Assembly (NCBI GenBank): GCA_963807635.1
Contig: CAWEDJ010000073.1
Coordinates: 1 to 64,000, forward strand
Direction of reading: 5' to 3'
Source of the DNA: an uncultured cyanobacterium
GTDB lineage: Bacteria; Cyanobacteriota; Cyanobacteriia; Cyanobacteriales; Microcystaceae
DNA: 64,000 bases
Shown here in pieces: positions 56,501 through 64,000 of this stretch. How positions within the stretch are numbered: position 1 is the first letter of the stretch; each line of letters opens with the position of its first letter. The notes beneath the pieces were generated by a model. The model saw only the letters and a list, made by a program, of their open reading frames with translations, made no database searches and was not told the origin of the DNA. The position numbers were made by a program, and so were the translations under genes.

Positions 56501-57272
56501 TATTCGGAAACATTATTTAACGCTCCAAGAACAGGGAATTGCGAATGCGTCGGCTCGACTGTTTTCTAATCCCGCAGGAGATTTTGGTTCCTTAGTCAAT
56601 GATCAAGTTGTTGATGGAAATTGGGAAAATGATTCAGAACTCGCCAATACCTGGCAAAAACGCAATAGTTTTAGTTACGGTAAACAGGATAAAGGTCAGG
56701 CACGGCCAGAAATTTTGCAACATTTACTGCAAACCAGCGATCGCATTGTCCAGGAAATTGATTCGGTGGAGTATGGTTTAACGGATATTCAGGAATATTA
56801 CGGCAATACGGGCGGTTTGAAGCTGGCCGCCGAAAAACAAAGCGGTCGAAAAGTCACAGCGAATTTTATTGAAAGTTTCTCTAAAGATACGACACCCCGT
56901 AAATTAGAAGATTTATTGCGTTTGGAATATCGGACGAAGTTACTCAATCCTAAATGGGCTGATGCGATGGTTAATCAGGGTTCGGGGGGAGCCTACGAAA
57001 TTTCTCAACGAATGACGGCTTTGGTGGGATGGAGCGGCACAGTCAGTTTTACGGATAATTGGGTTTATGATCAGGCGGCCCAAACCTATGCCTTAGATGC
57101 AGAGATGTCACGGAAATTACAGGAAGCGAATCCCGAAGCTTTTCGTAATATTGTAGGACGAATGTTAGAGGCCAATGGTCGCGGTTTTTGGCGGGCAGAT
57201 GAGGAAAAGTTAGACAAGTTACGCAGTCTCTATGGGTTAACGGAGGAAGAATTGGAAGGGATTAATCCTTAA
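53544..57272 (+). CDS. magnesium chelatase subunit H family (BchH/ChlH-like paralogue)
   Basis: GFPLVGGPA, HFGMHGTVEWLPG, AANNPSE, LPTGRNIHALDP, LEYRTKLLNPKW. Confidence 0.85.
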   Translation: MQRIVIITGFESFNSNLYREAAQLARSRCPDLEILAFSDRSLTTEPEAVAQALETAQVFFASLIFDYEQVIWLRERVKNIPIRLIFESALELMSLTQLGKFAIGDQPKGMPKPIQFILSKFSSGKEEDKLAGYLSFLKTGPKLLKFIPAKKVQDLRNWLIIYGYWNAGGLENVAAMYWAIADKYLGLKVGEIPEPIETPNMGLLHPDYSGYFTSPQTYLIWYLEQFKIQDSSTKSGVVAILIYRKHVITKLKYIAKLIRYFEAENLIPIPIFINGVEGHVVVRDWLTTRYETQQRQQGKIETPSLNKDAIEVDAIVSTIGFPLVGGPAGSMEAGRQVEVAKRILTAKNIPYFIAAPLLIQDIHSWTRQGIGGLQSVVLYALPELDGAIDTVALGGLVGEEIYLIPERVKRLTGRLKNWIQLRKKNPQDRKIAIILYGFPPGYGATGTAALLNVPRSLLKVLQALKQQGYFIGELPEKGEILIEQIKQIDESVSRSEIEEKSVTVRTLEKWLGYLLTSRIEKHWKSLTSAGIKTYEDKLYLGGLQLGNIWIGVQPPLGVSGDPMRLMFEKDLTPHPQYAAFYQWLTKEFQADAIVHFGMHGTVEWLPGSPLGNTGYSWPDILLGNLPNLYLYAANNPSESMLAKRRGYGVLISHNVPPYGRAGLYKELMMLQDLITEFREDSEKNQSLLPIICQKIVDTGLEADCQFTEGKKLGIEFTVENARLFSKYALYDYFLQVYEYLQILAQRLFSSGLHILGQPPNSEQFKTYLDAYFGDQLSEWEQNAIAQENQTDEYLLSLANGRKAIVKEALQIRDLLKQNTDELTNLLRGLNGEYILPAPGGDLLRDGTGVLPTGRNIHALDPYRMPSPGAYERGREIAQKIIAQHLEETGNYPETIAVMLWGLDIIKTKGESLGILLELVGAEPIKEGTGRIVRYELKPLENVGHPRIDVLANLSGIFRDTFVNIIELLDDLFQRCAIAEEPEDQNFIRKHYLTLQEQGIANASARLFSNPAGDFGSLVNDQVVDGNWENDSELANTWQKRNSFSYGKQDKGQARPEILQHLLQTSDRIVQEIDSVEYGLTDIQEYYGNTGGLKLAAEKQSGRKVTANFIESFSKDTTPRKLEDLLRLEYRTKLLNPKWADAMVNQGSGGAYEISQRMTALVGWSGTVSFTDNWVYDQAAQTYALDAEMSRKLQEANPEAFRNIVGRMLEANGRGFWRADEEKLDKLRSLYGLTEEELEGINP

Positions 57273-57322
57273 TCGAATATTTTTGAATAAAAACAACTTG
57301 TATCCCAAAAATTTTATTCAGG

Positions 57323-58990
57323 ATGGTTGCATCAATGAAATTAATAAGAAAAAATCCAATTCTTTTATTTCCCTTAATCGTTTTGGCGATCGCGATTTTA
57401 TTTTCCGCTTGTCAAGCGATCGGTCAACGGGTCAATAGGTTACCTCAAGATCCCTTAATTCAAGTTTATTTTAATCATAACCCGAAAGCTCATTACACTG
57501 ATCCCTATCGCCAAATTAAACGCGAGGGAGATAATTTAGAAAAAATCATCATTGACACCATTAATTCAGCTAAAGTGAGTGTGGATCTCGCAGTTCAGGA
57601 ATTACGTTTACCCCTGGTAGCTCAGGCATTGGCAAAAAAGCAGAAAACGGGGGTTAAGATTAGAGTAATTTTAGAAAATATTTATAATCAACCCATTGGC
57701 AATGGTTCCCCTATAAAAACAAATAAGAAAAATGAAAGAGAGCAAAGTCGCAGAGAAGATTATATTGCCTTTGTTGATCTCAATCATGATGGCCGATTAA
57801 GTGAAGAAGAAATGAACCAACGGGACGCTATTACCATTTTAAATAATGCTCAAGTACCCATTATTGATGATACCGAAGATGGTTCTCAAGGATCAGGACT
57901 AATGCACCATAAATTCATGGTAATAGATGGAAAAACGGTTATTGTCACCTCAGCCAATTTCACCCTCAGTGATCAACATGGAGACTATACCCGCTCAAAA
58001 ACTAGGGGTAATGCTAATAATTTATTAGTCATCCAATCTTCAGAATTAGCAAGTTATTTTACAGAAGAATTTAATCTGATGTGGGGCGATGGAGCGGGCG
58101 GAACAAAGAATAGTTTGTTTGGAACCAATAAACCGTTTCGGCAAGCCCAAACATTTGCGATCGGGAAAACCAAGGTATCTGTTAAATTTTCTCCTGATAC
58201 GAATAAAATTAACTGGTTTGATACTACCAATGGTCTGATTGCCCAAACTCTCAGCCAAGCTCAAAAGAGTGTTTCCCTAGCTCTTTTCGTTTTGAGCGAA
58301 CAGCAGTTAGCTGATTTATTAGAAAATCAACAAAAACAGGGAGTTACTATCAAAGCTCTAATTGATCCTGAATTCGCCTATCGTCCCTATAGTGAGGGTT
58401 TAGATTTATTAGGGATTGAAGTAACCGAAAAGTGTCGCGCTGAACCGAATAATAATCCGTGGTCAGTTCCTCTAAAAACGGTGGGTGTTCCTAAGTTAGC
58501 GAACGGGGATAAATTGCATCATAAAACGGGAATTGTGGATAACAATTTAGTGATTACGGGTTCTCATAATTGGTCAGATGCCGCTAATCGTCTCAATGAT
58601 GAAACCTTATTAATCTTAAATAATCCTGTCATTAATGCCCACTACCAACGGGAATTTGAGCAATTGTATAAAAATGCAAATTTAGGAGTTCCAGAATTTG
58701 TTCAGAAGGCGATCGCCCAAGAAAAACAAAAATGTGCCGTTTACTCACCTCAACCCGCGCCAGTTACCAGTCCAGTTTTTAATCCCACCGCCAGTCCTAG
58801 CCCGCTTATCAATCTAAACACGGCAACGAAAGAAGAACTAGACAGTTTGCCTGGGGTTGGCCCCAAATTAAGCGATCGCATTCTTCAGGCGCGACAATCA
58901 AAACCCTTTACCTCCCTAGAGGATTTAAAACGAGTTTCGGGAATCGGTGAGAGCAAATTGCGGAAATTAGCAGGAAAAGTGACTTGGTAA
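57323..58990 (+). CDS. PLD-family nuclease with C-terminal helix-hairpin-helix (cyanobacterial ComA-like competence protein)
   Basis: Two HKD motifs (HHKFMVID, HHKTGIVD); INLNTAT..ELDSLPGVGP HhH; lipobox-like FSAC. Confidence 0.8.
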   Translation: MVASMKLIRKNPILLFPLIVLAIAILFSACQAIGQRVNRLPQDPLIQVYFNHNPKAHYTDPYRQIKREGDNLEKIIIDTINSAKVSVDLAVQELRLPLVAQALAKKQKTGVKIRVILENIYNQPIGNGSPIKTNKKNEREQSRREDYIAFVDLNHDGRLSEEEMNQRDAITILNNAQVPIIDDTEDGSQGSGLMHHKFMVIDGKTVIVTSANFTLSDQHGDYTRSKTRGNANNLLVIQSSELASYFTEEFNLMWGDGAGGTKNSLFGTNKPFRQAQTFAIGKTKVSVKFSPDTNKINWFDTTNGLIAQTLSQAQKSVSLALFVLSEQQLADLLENQQKQGVTIKALIDPEFAYRPYSEGLDLLGIEVTEKCRAEPNNNPWSVPLKTVGVPKLANGDKLHHKTGIVDNNLVITGSHNWSDAANRLNDETLLILNNPVINAHYQREFEQLYKNANLGVPEFVQKAIAQEKQKCAVYSPQPAPVTSPVFNPTASPSPLINLNTATKEELDSLPGVGPKLSDRILQARQSKPFTSLEDLKRVSGIGESKLRKLAGKVTW

Positions 58991-59140
58991 ATGAATTTCC
59001 CCCATTAAGAATTATTAACGAGAAAAAAGAAGCAAAATAACCCATAAGCACAAAATCGAAAAAATAATATTCAGATCAGTCATTCTTGTCCTATCGTCTC
59101 GACTTACAAGATATGTTAGGATCAAAAAACTGATTTTCCA

Positions 59141-59214
59141 CGGGATGTGGCGCAGCTTGGTAGCGCACTTCGTTCGGGACGAAGGGGCCGCAGGTTCAAA
59201 TCCTGTCATCCCGA
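59141..59214 (+). tRNA. trnP: tRNA-Pro (anticodon CGG)
   Basis: CGGGATG acceptor pairs with CATCCCG; anticodon arm CTTCG-TTCGGGA-CGAAG; T arm GGTTCAAATCC. Confidence 0.95.
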
Positions 59215-59330
59215 TTTCTGATTAGGTTAGTTTTATTACGGCGCGGCCGTTGTGCTAACTCAGAAAAAGATTGTATGATAGAGGATCGTGATTATCAGTT
59301 GTAATTTTTAGAATTGGAAAAGCCAAGATT

Positions 59331-59789
59331 ATGTCTAAACGAGTACAAGTAATTTTAAGTAAAACTGTCGATAAATTGGGCAGAAATGGCGATTTATTAG
59401 AAGTAGCCCCTGGTTATGCCCGCAATTATCTCATTCCCCAAGGAATGGCTGTTGCCGCCACTCCTGGGCTTCTCCGTCAAGTCGAGCAACGTAGAGCCAA
59501 GGATCAAGAGCGTCTCCTTGCCGAAAAAGAAGCGGCTGAAGCCCGTAAGACTGCGTTGCAGACCGTTGGTCGCTTTATTATCCAAAAACAAGTGGGAGAA
59601 GCAGAAGCCATTTTCGGGACGGTCACAACTCAAGATGTGGCGGATGCGATCAAAGCAGCTACAAGTCAAGAGGTTGATCGTCGGGGTATTACCTTGCCTG
59701 AAATTAGTAAAGTTGGATTCTACAAAGCTCAAATTAAAATTCATCCTGAAGTGACTGCCGAAGTTGAAATTCAAGTTGCTTCTCTTTAA
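59331..59789 (+). CDS. rplI: 50S ribosomal protein L9
   Basis: [27 protein letters not shown]. Confidence 0.95.
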   Translation: MSKRVQVILSKTVDKLGRNGDLLEVAPGYARNYLIPQGMAVAATPGLLRQVEQRRAKDQERLLAEKEAAEARKTALQTVGRFIIQKQVGEAEAIFGTVTTQDVADAIKAATSQEVDRRGITLPEISKVGFYKAQIKIHPEVTAEVEIQVASL

Positions 59790-60024
59790 GCATTAATAAG
59801 CTTGAAAATGTTGAAATTCGGTGAACAAAATAGAATTCATTTAGTTTGAAGTTTATAAATGATAATAACTGAAAATTGTTCACTGAATTTCTGCGATTTT
59901 AATTTTATCAGTATATAAGGTTGAAACAAAATTATTTTCAGCAAAATTATCACGGTTGATTCTCTCCAACTTCAATCTAGTTGATACACTTTCTTAGTGG
60001 GTTTAAATTCGGGAAGGATAAGTC

Positions 60025-61323
60025 GTGACCACAGAGGACAGCGAAAATAATCGAAATACTAGCTTTAGATCGAAACGAAAAAAACTTGTTTTTCTGCTGG
60101 GTTTAGGGCTTTTGGGGGGAGCAGCATTTTTAGGTCTTCAGATTATTCGGGGTCACAGTTTCCATACCATATTATTTTTGCCCAATGCAAGGGGAATTAC
60201 GCGGGGAATGCCTGTAACCTATTGGGGCGCAAAAGTTGGAGAGGTCATGGGCTTTGAGCCAGAGCCGAAAGGAGTGGCTGTTGAGATAAAAATTTGGCCA
60301 GCCGATCGCCTAATTCCCAGGGATTCTTTATTTAAGTTGTCACGAGTTGAAGGGGAAAATAGTCTTGATATTCAGCCCCGCAGTTCGTTGCCTCCCGAAG
60401 CGGATAAAATGACTCCCAAAAGTCCGAATTGCGACCCTAAAATTATTTTTTGTAATACTAAGAGAATTTCTAGTATCAGTAGGCTCTACTGGGGAAATCT
60501 GGTTTATTCATTGAATTCTATCCAGGATATTAATTCTGGAGTACAATCAATGGAAACAAACGTGGGAGATGTCAGTTCAGATGTGCGGGAAATGAAAGGC
60601 ACGGTGCAGGAGTTGGGTCAGTTGGGACAGGAGGTTCAAGGACTTTTAAAAATAGATAAAATAGACAAAACACTGAATAAATTGGATAAAACATTAACTT
60701 CCGTAGAACAAGCCGCGAATAATATCAGCTTGGTTGCCCAAAAAGCAGGAAAATTGAGTGATCAAGGGACAGGATTAATCGAAACCGTAAGACAAACCCA
60801 AACCATTAATCGTTTGAATGCTACCCTGGGATCAGTGGGAAGTGCGGCGGATCAGGTTCAGGTTTTTATGCAAATCAATCAAAATAATCTGAGGAATACT
60901 CTCATTAGTATTGAACAATTGAGTAAACAAGTAACGCTAACAGTGCGAAAGTTAGACCCTCTCTCAGAACAGATTCAAGAAAAAAATTTACTGGAAAATC
61001 TAGAAATTATTTCTCGCAATGCGGCCCAACTAACGACTAATCTCAACGAGGTTTCTACTCAGCTTAAAGATCCGCGATCACACCTCCAGATTCAACAAAT
61101 TATGGATTCAGCCCAATCCCTTTTAAATAATCTCAATAAAATTACTTCCGATGTGGATGAACTAACGGGTAATCCTAGTTTACGGCGAGATATACTGCGA
61201 TTAATTCAGGGTCTTACTAATTTACTCTCTTCAACCCAACTCCTTCAACAACAGGTCGCCTACGACAAAGTATTGAATCAAATTGCAATGGGCAGCGATC
61301 GCCCGAAGTCGCTTCAACCTTAA
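60025..61323 (+). CDS. MlaD/MCE-family protein
   Basis: N-terminal TM, A.GITRGMPVTYWGAKVGEV, long coiled-coil region. Confidence 0.8.
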   Translation: MTTEDSENNRNTSFRSKRKKLVFLLGLGLLGGAAFLGLQIIRGHSFHTILFLPNARGITRGMPVTYWGAKVGEVMGFEPEPKGVAVEIKIWPADRLIPRDSLFKLSRVEGENSLDIQPRSSLPPEADKMTPKSPNCDPKIIFCNTKRISSISRLYWGNLVYSLNSIQDINSGVQSMETNVGDVSSDVREMKGTVQELGQLGQEVQGLLKIDKIDKTLNKLDKTLTSVEQAANNISLVAQKAGKLSDQGTGLIETVRQTQTINRLNATLGSVGSAADQVQVFMQINQNNLRNTLISIEQLSKQVTLTVRKLDPLSEQIQEKNLLENLEIISRNAAQLTTNLNEVSTQLKDPRSHLQIQQIMDSAQSLLNNLNKITSDVDELTGNPSLRRDILRLIQGLTNLLSSTQLLQQQVAYDKVLNQIAMGSDRPKSLQP

Positions 61324-61396
61324 TTTAGCCTTGTCTAAATACCTAACATTTTTGACTAAATTTGATGAATCATCTTTAACATTCAATGACAAACAG

Positions 61397-62086
61397 ATGA
61401 AACTCCAACATTGGTATGATAAGATTTCCCCCCACTGGCAACGATTTATTCTTAGCCCCTATGAACATCTATTTTGGTCATTAATCATACTATTTTTTTC
61501 TTTTGCATTTATAAATGAAGATAATATTTTCGGACGAATCAGTTTAACCTTCTTTTTTCTGATGACCGTTTTATTTGTCATTGAAACGTTTAGATTACGA
61601 CAAAAGTTTTTAAATATTTTTAGAGCGATCGCTGTTTTATCTTTTATTTTTAGTTTATTTGCAATCATTTTTGATTATCAAGATAACAAAATAGTTTATC
61701 TTTTGGGTCAAGTTATTGATTTGATTTTTATCGCGATCGCCGTTTTAGTGATTATCAAAAAAATATTTTCTGACACCAAAGTAACGGGGGATACGCTACG
61801 CGGGGGAATTAGTGTTTATTTAATGTTGGGCATTGTCTGGTTTCAAATTTATCAAATTATTTTGACAATTGTTCCCCAAGCCTTTGAAGGCGAATTGAGT
61901 GGTTATCAAGTCTTTTATTTTAGTTTTGTGACGTTAACAACCGTCGGTTATGGAGATATTTTACCCGTCCATAGAGCAACGATGATCATGGCAAACCTAG
62001 AGGCGATCGCGGGTCAACTTTATCCCGCCATTATTATTGCCAGATTAGTGAGTTTATATACCGTTGAAAGCTCCAATAAAAATTAA
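61397..62086 (+). CDS. potassium channel family protein
   Basis: YFSFVTLTTVGYGDI selectivity filter; start uncertain. Confidence 0.85.
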   Translation: MKLQHWYDKISPHWQRFILSPYEHLFWSLIILFFSFAFINEDNIFGRISLTFFFLMTVLFVIETFRLRQKFLNIFRAIAVLSFIFSLFAIIFDYQDNKIVYLLGQVIDLIFIAIAVLVIIKKIFSDTKVTGDTLRGGISVYLMLGIVWFQIYQIILTIVPQAFEGELSGYQVFYFSFVTLTTVGYGDILPVHRATMIMANLEAIAGQLYPAIIIARLVSLYTVESSNKN

Positions 62087-62383
62087 ATCAAGATCAAAAA
62101 TTAAAAACCGAAACAGGCGATCGCTTTTTGTGGGGATGGAACTGGAAGAGTTGGTTATATTGAGATCTTTAAATAACTAAGGGTCTTTAATAACTAAGGG
62201 AAAAAGAGGATATTGATTAATAATAACCGTAGAAATACGGTCTCAAAATTAAGTTTTACTAAATTTTAAAACGATCATCTCCCTGATTTATGATTGTGTC
62301 CGATAATAAATGGTATAAGACATTACTGAATTTTTCGCCTCATTCTTTCAACTACTGGTTCAGATCGATATTCGGAGATTTTT

Positions 62384-64000
62384 ATGGTGTTATCCGTTTC
62401 GCCCTCTAGCAATACCGCGCTGCTGTTACGGGAAATGTTGAGAACCTCCCTGATGGGGATTCAACAGTTTTTAACGGCTGATCGGGTTATTGTGGCTAAA
62501 ATAATGCCGAAGGGAGAAATCACCGTTATTGAAGAAGTCCGAAACCCTAGTTATAAAACTATGCTGAATGTCCGCTTGAGTCAATTTTGGGGATCTCAAG
62601 ATTTGAATTATTTTCATCAGGGCAAGCTCCAGGTTATTGAGGACGTGAATGAAGAGGGATATCGAGAACAATTAATGGCCACGATGGATCATTTATTTGG
62701 GACTCAAGCCCATGTCATTGTCCCCATTTGGCATTATTCCTGTGATGAAAATTTGTCAGACGACTTCCCTAAAAAGCCTCAACTCTGGGGTTTGTTGATG
62801 GTACATCAATGTAGCGGGCCTCGCCAATGGCAACCGACGGAGATTGGATTGTTATCCTTTTTTGCAACGCAAATTAGTATGACCATTCAACAAAACCAAT
62901 TTGCCCATCAACTGAGTCAGAATAATCTTCATTTGAAAGAATTGGCCTATTGGGATGATTTGACAAAGGTAGCGAATCGTCGGTATTTTGACCAGTATCT
63001 TGCTCAGGAATGGCGGCGTATGGCACGGGACAAACAACCGTTATCTTTGATTTTGCTGGATATTGATTGTTTTAAAAAGTTTAATGATACCTTCGGTCAT
63101 GTGGCGGGAGATCGCTGTTTACAGAAAGTTGCAAATGCGATTGGGGTGGCAGTCAGTCGTCCAGGGGATTTGGTCGCACGCTATGGGGGAGAAGAATTTG
63201 CCATAATTCTACCGAATACCCATCTGTCAGGGGCGAGTTACCTAGCGGAAAGAGTGCGATCGCAGATAGAAAATTTACAGATCCAAGCGGCTCCCAATGC
63301 GCCCTGTCGCTATGTCAGCATTAGTGCAGGAGTGGCGACGATGATTCCTGAAGCGAGTCGTTTACCCGTTCAGTTGGTTGCCGATGCGGATCATTTACTT
63401 TATAAGGCCAAAGAACAAGGACGCGATCGCGTTGTCAGTAATCTCTTGGTTATGCAGCCGATCAAAAAAAATTACCGTAATACCTTACCCCCTTCCGCCA
63501 CCTTTGCCCTGCCTTCCCTTTCTGAACAAGATTTATTACAAAACTATATTGCCTATTTCGTTAGTCGGGGTGCGTCTGTCCACAGTGCGATCGATGGGAA
63601 ACTCCTATTTTCCCAGCCCGTGTATGAATACGAAGGTTATAGTCCCGCTTTTTTAGAATATTGGCATCAACTTTCTGGGCGTAGTGATTTTGCCGAACTG
63701 TCTCTGGAAGGAGATGTCCACAATTTCCATGATTTTTCGGTGAATCAATACACGGTACAGGAATGTTCTCGGTGTAGTCTGCCGATCGCGGTACAGTCGG
63801 GACAAGCCTACGATGTGCCGAATTGTAACCTTTGTTTAGTAGAAGAAGGAGCCAATGGGCCTGAACAGGAAAACTTGACCACAGAACAGGGCAAAACGGG
63901 AATCTTAGTGATCGGAGAACTGCCCAGGGATACAAACCCAACCCAGGAATGGCTCGCCAATAATGGCTTTGAAGTTTATTTTTCCCCCGATCCCCAAGCG
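62384..64000 (+). CDS. GAF-GGDEF diguanylate cyclase with extra Cys-rich C-terminal domain (open at window end)
   Basis: Manual translation: ADRVIV...LWGLLMVHQC..PRQW (GAF); DDLTKVANRR, RPGDLVARYGGEEF; then CSRC...CNLC. Confidence 0.85.
   Translation, partial: MVLSVSPSSNTALLLREMLRTSLMGIQQFLTADRVIVAKIMPKGEITVIEEVRNPSYKTMLNVRLSQFWGSQDLNYFHQGKLQVIEDVNEEGYREQLMATMDHLFGTQAHVIVPIWHYSCDENLSDDFPKKPQLWGLLMVHQCSGPRQWQPTEIGLLSFFATQISMTIQQNQFAHQLSQNNLHLKELAYWDDLTKVANRRYFDQYLAQEWRRMARDKQPLSLILLDIDCFKKFNDTFGHVAGDRCLQKVANAIGVAVSRPGDLVARYGGEEFAIILPNTHLSGASYLAERVRSQIENLQIQAAPNAPCRYVSISAGVATMIPEASRLPVQLVADADHLLYKAKEQGRDRVVSNLLVMQPIKKNYRNTLPPSATFALPSLSEQDLLQNYIAYFVSRGASVHSAIDGKLLFSQPVYEYEGYSPAFLEYWHQLSGRSDFAELSLEGDVHNFHDFSVNQYTVQECSRCSLPIAVQSGQAYDVPNCNLCLVEEGANGPEQENLTTEQGKTGILVIGELPRDTNPTQEWLANNGFEVYFSPDPQA

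Noticed and set aside
59015..59209. 64-aa minus-strand ORF
   Set aside because: Antisense to tRNA-Pro.
59141..59330. tRNA-Pro as an integration site
   Set aside because: No integrase and no duplicated tRNA 3' end seen; rplI follows directly.
59814..59892. Imperfect inverted repeat GAAATTCGGTGAACAA...TTGTTCACTGAATTTC after rplI
   Set aside because: Single copy with a long spacer; cannot distinguish a terminator, MITE remnant or chance.
62165..62200. Short tandem duplication TCTTTAA(A)TAACTAAGGG
   Set aside because: Only two copies and no further structure.
63378..63941. ORFs 63378-63656 (+) and 63561-63941 (-), and similar short overlapping ORFs throughout
   Set aside because: Alternative-frame or antisense shadows of longer, motif-supported genes.

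Overview
Cyanobacterial chromosomal window: HIP1 octamer GCGATCGC is abundant, and ycf46, ycf51, a Mg-chelatase H paralogue and a CruE-like gene are present. It is probably from a unicellular or colonial freshwater taxon, but the genus cannot be determined here. A housekeeping backbone (egtC, pepN, fmt, trpB, pilD, ctaA/ctaB, cobA-hemD, bioB-bioY-lspA, ftsH, comA-like, tRNA-Pro, rplI) is interrupted by AT-rich, HIP1-poor accessory inserts that look mostly defensive. These are a DSR2-like sirtuin cut by an IS4 element, an HTH-NACHT protein next to an MNT-HEPN pair, and a Shedu-like nuclease. The most striking locus is 11061-15116. A small Bell-like helical effector ending in an RHIM-like amyloid motif (GAQGVQLGDYSTQTNTF) lies directly upstream of a STAND-NTPase/14xWD40 receptor. 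The receptor's true N-terminus (ATG 11472, missed by the ORF track) carries two tandem copies of the same motif. This is an NLR-amyloid signalling pair, here with two in-frame TAA stops in the receptor. Several small palindrome-carrying MITE/REP-like families occur, two of which rewrite gene C-termini. About 11 single-base frameshifts, many at GGCC sites, probably reflect long-read assembly error rather than real pseudogenes.
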